Assembly (NCBI GenBank): GCA_013416795.1 | Contig: RQSC01000009.1 | Coordinates: 99,146-163,145, forward strand | DNA: 64,000 nucleotides | Direction: 5' to 3' | Source: Prasinococcaceae sp. CCMP 1430 | Taxonomy: Eukaryota; Plantae; Prasinodermophyta | Part shown: piece by piece, positions 32,060 to 42,864 of the stretch | How positions within the stretch are numbered: position 1 is the stretch's first letter | How the letters are laid out: each line of letters starts with the position of its first letter | Notes under the pieces: generated by a model | What the model was told of the DNA's origin: nothing | Databases searched by the model: none | The model's input: only the letters and a program-made list of their open reading frames with translations | Made by a program: the position numbers and the translations under genes

Positions 32060-32589
32060 GCCAGCGGGGGGAGGAGCTGGAACGAGTCCGCCCCCCACGC
32101 CGCAATGGGCTGACGCCGCACGGACCCCAAATTGCATCCGTGGATCAGGGTTCATTTACAGGGTATACAATTTACGTCAAATCGCATTGGCGCGCCGCCT
32201 CCGCGCAATTCGCGCGCGCCTCCGCCGCCTTTTGCGCGGCTTCGAACGCGCGCCGCGGCGCACCGCTCGCAGCGCACCCGCGGGGGGGAGGGGGCGGGAA
32301 GAGGGGGTACACCGCGCGCGACGCGCGGCGCAGAGGGGAGGGGAGGTGGCAAGGGAGGGCGCTTAGCAGGAGCGGCGCCCGCGGGCGGCGCGGAGGGGAG
32401 AGGAGAGGCGAGGGAGGGCGCGAGCAGGAGCGGCGCCGGCGGGCGGTTCGTACGTTGGCTCCCCGGCGGGACAATGGGACCGGCGGGGGGCGCCGCGGGG
32501 GGGGGCAGCGGCGGGGGCGCGCCACCGGCCAGGGAGAGGGATGTTCGGGAGCGCGAAGGGGCGCCGGCAGGCGGGCCGGCCAATCGCCG

Positions 32590-35500
32590 CGCGATGTCTT
32601 CGCCCGCGTGCTGGCCGAGGCCGGCATCATGGTGGGAGCTGATGCGGGGTCGGTCCCCGCGCTGGCGCTCGGCGCGGACGCGCGCTCGGCGCGCCGGCGC
32701 GTGCAGAGCGCCCTCTGCCTGGACGCCGCACTCGCGGAAAAGTTCATGCAAGGCCTCACCGAGTACGTCGACGTGGGTGAAAGCGCGCTCCGCGCGGCGC
32801 TGCGGCCGCTCTCTGTGCACGATGGCATCAGCCGAGGCGGCGGCGGGGGCGGCCGCGGCGCCGCCTTCGGCGGCGTCTCGCGTCGAGACTCGCTGCTGCG
32901 ATGCCTGCTGTGCGTCGCGGCCCTCCAGAAACAGGTCGCGCAGCTCCTCATCGAGAAGATCCCCGAACATCTCGACGACGGGGACGCCGCAGGCGGGGTC
33001 GAGGGTAGCATTCCGCGAATGATACTCATGTGCTTCCGCTGGCTCGAGGTCTCCAACGAATCCGAGGCGATCACCAGCCTGCTGCTCGACGTGCTCGCCG
33101 ACGCCGGGGAGCACCCTGAGCTCGTCCGCGAGATCGTGGCCGTCCTGCCAGAGGTCACCACAGACGCGGACAACGTAAAGGTGTATGCGCGCCTCAAGGA
33201 GGCGGTCGATGACGACGCCTCCCTCCTGGCCCCAGTGCTGGATGTGCTCTCGAATATGCAGCTGGAGGAAGAAGACATGGCCGGCGCCGTCAAAGAGTTC
33301 CAGGGGCGCCTGGACTCGGCGAGAGCAGGGGACTTGCCCATGTTGCTGCGCTTCCTCATGCAGAACGTCACGGTGGATGGGGCGGATGGCCTGGCAGCCG
33401 CCGTTCGCTCAAAGCTGCGATTCTCTGTGGAAGGCGCGCCGACCGCTGCCGCGCCCGACCGCAAAGGCAAGCGCAAGGCCGCGGACGAGTCGGGGTCCAC
33501 GGAAGCGCTCGTGCTTGACGCGCTGGCACAGGCGCTGCGTTTTAGGCCGCATGTCTCGGGCGCCTTCTTGAAGGCAATCAAGTCCGGGCGCGCCTCCGTG
33601 CCGAGCGCTGCGACGACCGGTGGGAGCGAGCAAGACGGCGACGAGGAGGAAGACCAAGGCGCAGGCGGCGCTCAGATGGGCGACGCCTCTGCGAGCGGAC
33701 CCCGAGGTCACGTGGTGATTGACATATGGATCCTGCTGGTGCTCATCGCTAGTGGGGGGGCGTCCGCCAAGGCTGCGCACGACGCTCTCCGACGAGATGT
33801 TGCGCGGGGCGCGCGTCCTCTCGAGTTGGTCGACGCTGCCGTCTTGAAGCGGAGGGCCGCTTTAGCATCGTACTTCCAAGCGCTGCTCGCGGCCGCGGGC
33901 GATCTCTGTCGTGGCGGCGATCTCATCGCGTCGCGTCTGGGGGGGCGCATGTACGCGGACGCTTTCCGGGCGTTCGCCGATTCGTACAGTCGCCCGGAGG
34001 TTCTGGGTCGCATCGTCTCCCACGCGGGCTCAGGAGAGACGACCGAAGCACGCGCGGCTCTGGGTGCGCTCCTTGAGCTGGCCACGAGCGATCCATCGCG
34101 CCTGCTGGCACACGCATCCTTTGTAGAGAGCGTGCTGGACTATCTGGACGCATTTGGCGAACAGGAGGTTGATATGGTGTACTGCACATTTGCTCGGCTG
34201 TCGGCATACGCGCGCCGCTCCGATGCAGCCGGGCAAGGCGCAGATGCAGAGGCAGACGCCGAGCTCATGATCGTCCTGCGAAAGCAGCTCTCCCACTCAG
34301 AGCCGCGCTACCAGCGAATGGGCGTCATTGGGGTCACCGCCGTCGTCACTCGACTCGCCGAAGTGCCTTCGGGCGACGACCGCGAGGGCGAGGCTCCGCC
34401 GGCCGTGGAGTGCGCCTCGAATCTGCTGGAGTTTGCTGCGGAGCAAAGCAAGCGCACGCCCAAGATACGCGCGTTCCTGTGTGAGCGCTTGGCAGATGCG
34501 GTCCGCTGTGAAGGGGAGAGCATGCACGCGAATGTGCTCAAGTGGATAGAGGAAAACCTGATGGGCACCTTCGAGACCGTCTATCTGGGTGACCTGGAGA
34601 GCGACCAGCCGATGAATACGCACATGCAGCCACTACTGCGAGTGCCGTGGAGCGACCACGCCCTGTGGCTCCGGCTCGACGGATCGGACGCTCCAATCTA
34701 TGTTGACTTGATGCCGCAAGGCCTCAGCGCCGAGGATCGCCAGCTGAATTTGCACGGCGGCACGATGCTCCCGATGGCCGCCTCCTTCCGCTTGATGGCG
34801 AGCCACGCCGCGGCAAGCGCCAGCGGCGCGTTGGATGGCATTGACGCCGTGCTTGGCGCTCCGTTGCTCATGCCAAGCGCGCCGACGATTTCGGACGCTG
34901 CATGCGGGTCCGCCACTCCCGCGGATGCTGCGACCGTCGCATGCTCGCTCGCTTGGGCGAAGGCGTGGATGCGCGAGCTCGTGGCCGCATTTTCTCCGTA
35001 TGCGCTGGAGCTGGATCGGCGTGACGCCTCGACTCAAAACACGGTGTCGGCAAAGGTCATTTGCCGCTGCCTCGGTATCCTGCAGATTGAGTCCATCATG
35101 GCGGAGATATTCGTGCGGTACCCCGGAGTGGCGAAGGCCGTGGCGGAGGCCACCGGCCGTCGCCTTGTCGAAAGAAAGTCAGCGGGCGGCAGCAAGGTGG
35201 GCCGGCCCCCGAAGAGCAGGACGGCGGACAAGGAGGACCAGACTCCCGCCGACGCCAGCTTGCTCCCCCCAGAGGGCGCGACGCCCGTCGCCACCCCTGG
35301 CGTCACTCTCAATGATGCCAATTCCACTGTGAGCGTCGAGCGGGCCATGTCGGTGATCCGCGAGCCGCTGCCGCTCGCCGCCGCCGATGTGCTGCCGCTG
35401 CTCAGCCAAGTCGCTCGTCAAAAGCCCTCGTCAAAGTGCGGCGGGAACTCTGCGGGACCGGCGATGCTCACGTCGCCAATCTCCAAGGGATTCACGCCGG

Positions 35501-37089
35501 TGCTGCCAGTCGCCGCCATGCTGTTGGTGGATCTGGAACAGAAGGTCAACGACACGCTCACAAAGCGCATGCAAAAGCAGCCTCTGAGCCGAGCTGCCGC
35601 AAATTCGTCGGGTGGGAGCGAGTACAAGGAGGAGGCGGTGGCGTCGCGGCTTCTATCGGTTCTGCACGGCGCAGTGCGGCCGTGTTTGGACGCTGCCCGC
35701 GCCGCCCTCTTGGCGGAGGAAGAGGAAGGCTTGGAGTTCCCCAGCGACGCCGACGCGGACGGCTCGGGGATCACCGCGCGGCGTGCCGAGCGCCTGCGCC
35801 AGGGTCTGGAGCCGCTCGTCGACGCCGATGCAGCGGGGGCGGTCACACTGGCATCCTTCAAGCTCGCGCTCGCCGCCCTCAAGGCCAGCGACCGCATCGG
35901 CTCGATGTCGAGCAAGGATCTCTACGCGGGTCGTGGGAGCAACTTCCACGCGCCCTCCGTGAAGGTCGCTGTGCGCCGCGCTCTCGGGGGCTCCACGGAT
36001 TGGACAAGTGCGTTCAAGTACGTCGAGGCGCATCTCGATGCTTGCATGATCGCCGGCCTCTCCGCCGCAGTCGTTGCGGTCGAGCTATTGGCCGAGCTCG
36101 AGACCTGCATCGCCCAAAAGCTGAAGAATGGCAGCACATCGCCGATGACAACGCGCGTATCAACGGCCGCACAGCGCGTGCTGGAGCATGACTGGGCCAA
36201 GGCAGCGGACGACGCGGCGCGGCGGCGCGGCCTGGATGCACTGCCACCAGCTGCTGGTGCTATGTATGGTGCCAAGGGGTGCCGCGGTGCCACCCTCAGC
36301 CGCCTCGTGCGCATCCATGTGCGCTACGCACGATCCACGCCCGAGGCCGTCGAGGGCTTGGTCGAGAACGTGCTGGGCAAGGTGGGCTCAGGCGGAGCGG
36401 GCGGTGGCAAGAACCGTGCAGACGCTGTCGAAGGTCAGCCTGCTCTGTGCGGCGCCACGCTTGCCACATGGATAGTGGCCTGCCGCGAGGAGGCGCTCGC
36501 GCTCCTCAACAAGAGCGTGCGACGGGGACAGTCGGCGCTCGACGGCAGGCGGGAGGACGACATTGCAGCGCGCAGCGCGCTCAAGTCCATCGAGACCAAC
36601 GCGGTGGCCGTCGCCCGGCTCATCCTGTTGGCGAAGAAGTACGAATCGAACGCAGCAGTCCTGACCCAATCGGCGCGCGGCGCTGGCAAGCTGCTGGAGG
36701 CGATCATGCGCGCTCGCACTTTCCTCGACAAGTACATGAAAGACGACGGCACGATCGCCGAGTTGGTCGGAACCAGCATCTTCGCACGCAAGGAGATCTC
36801 GAAAGCGACGCGCTTCACCCAGCAGCTGTGTGCGGATGTCAAGCACAGGAAGTCTTCCGCTGTGCAGCGCGTGGTCCCGCAGACGAAAAGGACGCTGGAG
36901 AAGTACGTGTTCTTCGTCAAGTCGATGATGCACCGCCACAGGGACACCATCTCGGAACAAGTATCCCTGCAAGTCGCGAACCTCAAGCACAAAAACCTGC
37001 AGGGCCAGGAGGTGCTAAGCCAGGTCGTCCCGCCGTCCTCCGACCACGATAGTGGAGAATACGAGAGTGACAGTGACGACGCTGAGTGA
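32590..37089 (+). CDS. FANCD2: Fanconi anemia group D2 protein (true start uncertain; first in-frame ATG at 32629)
   Basis: DSLLRCLL...QVAQLLIEKIPE, IPRMILMCFRWL, the monoubiquitination-site region ELMIVLRKQLSHSEPRYQRMGVIG, and C-terminal VPQTKRTLEKYVFFVK...NLKHKNLQGQEV. Confidence 0.88.
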   Translation, partial: RDVFARVLAEAGIMVGADAGSVPALALGADARSARRRVQSALCLDAALAEKFMQGLTEYVDVGESALRAALRPLSVHDGISRGGGGGGRGAAFGGVSRRDSLLRCLLCVAALQKQVAQLLIEKIPEHLDDGDAAGGVEGSIPRMILMCFRWLEVSNESEAITSLLLDVLADAGEHPELVREIVAVLPEVTTDADNVKVYARLKEAVDDDASLLAPVLDVLSNMQLEEEDMAGAVKEFQGRLDSARAGDLPMLLRFLMQNVTVDGADGLAAAVRSKLRFSVEGAPTAAAPDRKGKRKAADESGSTEALVLDALAQALRFRPHVSGAFLKAIKSGRASVPSAATTGGSEQDGDEEEDQGAGGAQMGDASASGPRGHVVIDIWILLVLIASGGASAKAAHDALRRDVARGARPLELVDAAVLKRRAALASYFQALLAAAGDLCRGGDLIASRLGGRMYADAFRAFADSYSRPEVLGRIVSHAGSGETTEARAALGALLELATSDPSRLLAHASFVESVLDYLDAFGEQEVDMVYCTFARLSAYARRSDAAGQGADAEADAELMIVLRKQLSHSEPRYQRMGVIGVTAVVTRLAEVPSGDDREGEAPPAVECASNLLEFAAEQSKRTPKIRAFLCERLADAVRCEGESMHANVLKWIEENLMGTFETVYLGDLESDQPMNTHMQPLLRVPWSDHALWLRLDGSDAPIYVDLMPQGLSAEDRQLNLHGGTMLPMAASFRLMASHAAASASGALDGIDAVLGAPLLMPSAPTISDAACGSATPADAATVACSLAWAKAWMRELVAAFSPYALELDRRDASTQNTVSAKVICRCLGILQIESIMAEIFVRYPGVAKAVAEATGRRLVERKSAGGSKVGRPPKSRTADKEDQTPADASLLPPEGATPVATPGVTLNDANSTVSVERAMSVIREPLPLAAADVLPLLSQVARQKPSSKCGGNSAGPAMLTSPISKGFTPVLPVAAMLLVDLEQKVNDTLTKRMQKQPLSRAAANSSGGSEYKEEAVASRLLSVLHGAVRPCLDAARAALLAEEEEGLEFPSDADADGSGITARRAERLRQGLEPLVDADAAGAVTLASFKLALAALKASDRIGSMSSKDLYAGRGSNFHAPSVKVAVRRALGGSTDWTSAFKYVEAHLDACMIAGLSAAVVAVELLAELETCIAQKLKNGSTSPMTTRVSTAAQRVLEHDWAKAADDAARRRGLDALPPAAGAMYGAKGCRGATLSRLVRIHVRYARSTPEAVEGLVENVLGKVGSGGAGGGKNRADAVEGQPALCGATLATWIVACREEALALLNKSVRRGQSALDGRREDDIAARSALKSIETNAVAVARLILLAKKYESNAAVLTQSARGAGKLLEAIMRARTFLDKYMKDDGTIAELVGTSIFARKEISKATRFTQQLCADVKHRKSSAVQRVVPQTKRTLEKYVFFVKSMMHRHRDTISEQVSLQVANLKHKNLQGQEVLSQVVPPSSDHDSGEYESDSDDAE

Positions 37090-37460
37090 GCCGGAGGGCG
37101 TGGTCGGCGCCGCGCGCCTGCCCGCCACCTGCGCATCACATTTTCGTTAACATTTACAGGCCAGATTGTGTACACGCCCCGCAACGCGCGGCCCACCCAG
37201 CATCATCGCTCACAGCACTCCCGCCCCGCCGCCGCCAATGGCGCCCTCCGCCGAGTCAACAGCCGGCAAGCTCGCGAGGTCCGTCGCAACGCTCTCAAGC
37301 TCGCGCGCGTACCTGCGCATCGAGCCGCGCGCGCGCGGCGCGTGCACGGGAGACCAGGAGCGTCAGCCTCGCAACAGATCGGAGCTGCGCTCGCGCGGTA
37401 ATGCCTGTGTGGATGCGCGCTGCTCGCGCGCTTGCGCAAAGCCTCACAAGCGCGCCATAC

Positions 37461-38970
37461 TCACGAGTAGAGCGAGTGGTCCATCAGGCTAAGCCCCACT
37501 CCGACCAGGGGCGCCTGGAGGGCCGCCAGCACGTCACCGGAGCCAAGCCCCCCCAGCACGCCCGCCGCGAGCTCGCTCCTCCCCAGCGCGTCCTGCGCGG
37601 GCCCCGGCGCAAGCGCCTCCACGCGCCGCGCCACGCCGTCCGAGCGGATGACGTACGTGAGGCCGAGCGGCAAGAACGGCACCCCCACGTGCACCGCTGG
37701 CACGGGCAGGCTCGGCATCTCGGGCAGGCCTGCGGCCACGCCGCCCATTCCGTCTAGGAAGGGCACGGCCGGCAGCTCGGGGAGCGACGGCAGCAGCTCG
37801 GGGGGGGATGGCAGCTCGGGCAGCAGCCCAGCCACCAGGTCAAAGGGGTTTAGCGCGCTCGCGTCGTTCTTCGACGCGCTGTTCGATGCGTTGTTTGCGT
37901 CGTCGCTCAGCGTGAGCGCGTCGTGTTTCGAAGGCGCCGGCGCCTCAGCACCACCTGCCGTGCCAGCCGCCGCCGCTGGGCTGCTGGGGGTTTCTGCGGG
38001 GCCGGCGCCGGCCGACCCCACCAAGCGATCAGCAAGCCCCTGCGCGGTGCGGGCTGCCAGGACGAGCGGGTCGGAGGCACCGTACGAACGCGGCACGGGG
38101 TCGCCCTCGAGCACGAAGGAGCGCACTGCGTCGTCGGCGAGGCCAAGCCGCCGCAGCAGCGCCTCTCCCGCCTCGCGCGCGCCGCCCGGTGCGCCGAGCG
38201 CGTGCAGCGTGCCATAGGTATACGTCGGCAGCCACCCCCTCTCTCTGTCCGCGGGTTCCTCGCCGCACGAGAGCGCCCGCGCGGAGGCGATGGCGGCGAG
38301 CAGCATGGCCAGCGCCCCGCCCATGCTGTGGCCTGAAAGGAGGACGCGCGCATCGCGCGCGCCGGAGCGCACGCCCACGCACGCGTCGAGGTGACCCCGC
38401 GACGCCAGCACGTCGAAGAGGTCCTCGGCGATGCCAAGCAGGCCCGCATGCGCTAGCACGCTAGCGCTGGGGCCTACGAAGAGCTCAGCCGCGGCGCGCG
38501 CGCGCTCGGCAGCGGCGAAGTTGAGCGCGCCGTCGTCGAAGCTGAGGTCGCCGGTGCCGGCCCGCGGCGGCAGCGGCGCGTCCGGGCGGCGCGCGAGCAG
38601 CGGCGTTGCCCAAGAGCGCGCGAGCGCCAGCGATACGGCGCCTCGGTCACCGCCGTCGGCGGTGTCGAACTTCACGCCCCGCACCAGCACAAACTTGACG
38701 GCGGCCGCGTCGGCGGGCGGCTGGGCCGAGCCAGCGCGCCAGCGCACATCCTCCGCCCGCAGCGCCGCCGCCGCGCCGGCGCTCGCGCGCGCTTCGCCCT
38801 CAACCACCACCCAGCAGGTGTGCTCATCAGCGCCCTCATCAACGAGGCGGACACCAAGGCGCTCGCACGCGGCGAGGCGCTCCTCCCCGGGCTCGCGGTA
38901 GGCGATCTGGCAGAGCCTCGCGATCTCCGAGCCCGCCGCCAGCACGGCGCGGTCCGCCGCCGCCGCCGCG
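37461..38970 (-). CDS. Class 3 lipase-like alpha/beta hydrolase (start codon not identified)
   Basis: Nucleophile motif LLSGHSMGGALAMLL; FVLVRG, AHAGLL, LHALGAP, EGDPVPR and terminal MDHS fit the Ser-Asp-His layout. Confidence 0.8.
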
Positions 38971-39749
38971 GCAACGCACACCACCGCGCGCGCGCGCACG
39001 CACACCGCCGCCCCGTCCGCGCGCCGAGACGGCGCCGCGCCGCGCCGCGAAAAAACGGTTAAGAATTGCGTTTTGTTCTCGGGTCGTTTCGACTTTCAAT
39101 ATCAAATCGAATATACCAGTTGGTATGATTATCCGGAAGTGAGTACAGTATGACGGCATGCGCACGCTGCGCGCAGGCGCGCGCGTTCGCATGCGTTTTG
39201 ATGGCGAATTTCGAAAATCGCCATCAAAACGCACGGCGAGCGCACGCGGCGAACCGCAAACGGCGCGAGCGCGCATTTTGGGTTGCTTTGTAGACCCTGA
39301 TGATCCGTTACAACTCGAACATTTTACGGATTGAAAACACAACGAAATATTCATATGTAAAAAACCTTTCGACGTTTCATGAACAAACGACGGAAGGTTG
39401 GCGGTTCCCCCGAGTGCGTGCGCGTGGTGGCGGCCGATGCGGCGCCGGCGGCGGGGCGGCGGGGCGCGCGCAGGTGGGAGGCGGCAGAGTCCCCCGCCGC
39501 AGAGAGGGTGGGGCGGCTGTGCGGTGGGTGCGCGTGGAGGCGACGGGGCCTGCTGTGGCGAGGCGCAGCCGCGGGGGTGGCGCGCTGGACGTGCGCGTCC
39601 CGCCAGACGCCTGGCTCGGGCGCACGCGAGCATCGGCGGCGCTTCGCAGCCTGTGTGGTGTCTGGCGGAGGGTGGGGTGGGGGTTGGGTGGGTGGGTGGG
39701 TGGGTGAGGCTGGGCAGGCGCCCTTGTGGGCGGTGCAGGGGGAAGCGCC

Positions 39750-40326
39750 ATGCCGTATAGCCAGGGGTGGTACTACAAGGAAGATCTGCGCCGGCGGCGC
39801 GCGCGCGACTCTGAGCTCAACAACGTTGCCAAGGAAGTCGCCGCGGTGTACCACTCAGTCGACCCCAGCATCGTGGCGGAGCTCACGGCACCAACGAGGA
39901 AACATCTCGAGGGACCGTACTCGAAGGTGCGGCATGTATGCACTGCGAACTTGTTACAACTCATCCTCGCCCTTGTACCGCCTCGTGTGCGCGCAAGAGG
40001 GCGCTCTGGCTGTGCGACGCTCTTAGCACTGACTGCCGAGTGTCGCCGGCGCGCGGGCGACGACACTCATGCGCCTATAGGACATACCGAGGACCAACGC
40101 CCTCACGTACGAGGCACCGAAGGCCATCCAGGCTGCTCAAGGTGCTCCCACCATCAATAGTACCAACGATGTTGGCAAACAGATCGTGACAGCAGGCGAC
40201 GCGCACCCAGATTGCGCGTCGGGGGCACGCAAGGCGCAGCACAAGCGCTCGCCAAACTACAAAGCCGCCGCAGCACGGGTGCTCGGGGCGCACATGAAAG
40301 CGCGCAGCCTCGGCGGGGTCGACTGA
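39750..40326 (+). CDS. Small hypothetical protein (exons 39750-39926, 40081-40326)
   Basis: ATG, phase-0 GTGCGG...ACTGAC...TAG intron, and an open spliced frame MPYSQGWYYKEDL...GPYSK|DIPRTNALTYE...SLGGVD-stop. Confidence 0.55.
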
Positions 40327-40478
40327 GTCTTCCCATTCAAGCATGTGGCACGCGCGCGCGCGCGCGCGCGCCACACCCTGTGCGCCCTGTCCATCAGATG
40401 TTATTCCACCGAACTCTTTTATTCTGCGTGTACCGTAGCGGATGTTTGACATGCACGAGCGCGTGCGCCTCTCGGCCG

Positions 40479-42864
40479 TCACAACGCCGCCTCAGCGGGC
40501 GCCGCGGCGGCTCGGGCCTCTTCACCCGCACGGGTGAGCACCTTGCGAAGCGCTGGGCCACCGCCCACGCCGCCCGCGAGCAGCGTGCACGCCTCTGCCG
40601 CAGTCGCGCTTCCCGCGAGCACGGCCTGCGTGTGCGCCAGCACGCGCTCTGGCCGGCGCTCAGCGACCAGAAGCAAGAATTTGGCAGCCTCGCCAAGCGC
40701 CATCGCGGCACCAGCGTCTTTCAGGGGAAAGCCTGGCCTCAGAGGCATCTGGAGGCAGGCATCCACCGCGAAGCGATCGATAGCGAAGGTGTCAAACCCT
40801 TGCACGAGGGCGTTAGCGTCGCGAGGAAGCCACTCGCGCACCATGTTTGCAGCGGTGGAGACGCACAGCTTGCGCACGCCCATCTCCGGGTGCTCCGCGG
40901 CACACGTGAGCATGAGCGATGCCAGCGCGTCCAGACAGGGCGGCCCCGCCGGCGTGGGCGTCAGCAGCGCACCGCAAAGCGCCGCGGTCGTCAGTGAGAA
41001 GCTCAAGGCGATGATGGCCTTCTGTAGCTCGTTGCGCACGCGCGCCTCCTCAGTGTTCTGCGAGGCCGCGTCGCCGACTATGCCCACCGCGCTCCCGTTG
41101 CCCCCAACAACCTCAGCCCCACTCCCGCTGCCGCCGTTGACCATGGCCACGGTCAGCGGTACGAGGCGCCCCATTGCGCCGCACACCAGCTCCCCCGCGG
41201 CCGCGTCGCCCCTGAAGCGCGTCGCGAGCTGTCCACAGAGCGTCATCGCCGACGTGAGGTCAGCGGCTTCGCCGCCGGACAGCAGCAGCTCCACGACGAG
41301 GGGCACGTGCTCCAGCGCGGGCGCGCCCACGGCCTCGACGAGGCGGTGGAGGAGCGCGGCCACGCGCGCACACGCCGCGCGCGCGCCGCATCCGCCGCAT
41401 TCGCCACCGCCCAGCCGGCGCGTTGCGCGCGCGGCGAGCCCCAGCGCGCCCACCAGCGGCGCCGCTACCGCTGGCCGCGCTGCGAGCAGCTTCTTCGGGA
41501 AGCCCTTGGACAGCGCGGCCACGCACACGCAGAGCTTGGTCACGGCCGCGGCGGCGGCGGATGCCGCAGGCTCGGCCAAGATTGCTCCCCCGTCGTCCAT
41601 CCCTGCAAGCCCGCCCGCGAGGAGGTTGACCACGGCGCTCGTGTGCGATGCCTGCGCCTGCTCGGGCACGGCCTCGAGGCCCAGCATGTTGCCCACGGCC
41701 TCGAAGACGTATAGCTTGTCGTCGGGGGCGTTTCGGACGGTGGCGCCTACGGGGGCCGCCTTGCCCGCGGCCTCGGCGGCGGGCGCCAGCAGGTCGCCCA
41801 CGGCGTTCACAGCCTCCTCGAGGTGCGGGAGGAGCTCCCCGCCCTTGCTAAAGACCTTGACAAATCGGCAGAAGAGGTAGCCCGCGCGCCCGGACACCGC
41901 GGGCGAGGGGTGCCGCATGCCGTGCGGGCCCAGAAAGGCTCGCAGCGCGGGCGCCACCAGCGCCGGCTCGCGCCTGAGCAGTGGCGCGTAGCGCACCGTC
42001 ACCTCGAGGCGCGCCAGCGCTACCGCTCGCCGCGCGCCGTGCGGCAGCTCGCGAGCGCCCAGCACCACCGCCAGCGTCGCGCGCAGGCCCCTGCGCGCGT
42101 CGCTCTCGCCTAACCCCCCGTCGCCACCGCCACCCCCACCCCCACCGCCGCCGCCCGTATTACCCTCCGCCCCCGCGCCCGCCGTGCCCCACTTCGGTGG
42201 CTTGGCGGTGCCGAGCACCTCGTCGACCATGCCCTCGCCCAGCCTGTGCAACATTGTGAGCGCCGCCTCGAGCCTCGCCGCCGAGCCCGGCGTGGGCGTA
42301 GGCGCGGTGGTCGCGGTCGCGCCAGCAAGCTCGTCTGCGGTCGCGTCAACCATCAGCGCGCCGACGCCGCAGCTCTCGTGGGCGTACGCGAGCGCCTCGA
42401 GCGCGAACGCCGCGCAGCGCGCCGGCGCGCAGCGGCAGAGGTTGCGGAAGGCCGCCAGCGCCTCGGCGCGCGCCTCTTCGAACTCCTCGAGCTCCTCGTC
42501 CACGGGCGTGCCGACGATCAGCGCGCCAGAGGCGGCGACCCCCGCCGCGGCGCCCACGCTCGCGCTCACACTGCTGCTGCCCTTGCCCGCCACGTCCAGC
42601 CATTCGTCGCGGCGGTACGTGATGCGCGAGGAGATGGCGTGCAGCGCGAGGTCGACGGCACCGAGGCCCTGGGCGCCCGCGTTCGTCTCCGCGCCGCCAA
42701 GACCGCCGCCGGACGCGGCACCCTCAGCATCCCCCCGCCGCACGTGCGCCACAAAGCGCTCGAGGAAGCCCATCGCGGCGCGCGCGGTGGGGGTGCCCGC
42801 CTCGGCGCCCCCCGCCACGCGCAGCACGCGCGGCGCGAGCGCGTCGAGCTGCGCGCCGGCCCAC
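40479..42864 (-). CDS. XPOT: Exportin-T (tRNA export receptor, PAUSED-like), N-terminal part in gap
   Basis: LEAALTMLHRLGE, LEVTVRYAPLL, FLGPHGMRHPSPAVSGRAGYLFCRFVK and DDKLYVFEAVG match the exportin-T C-terminal domain. Confidence 0.82.

Noticed and set aside
39297-39385. TGATGA box-C-like motif (possible C/D snoRNA)
   Set aside because: No CTGA box D at a suitable distance and no terminal stem.
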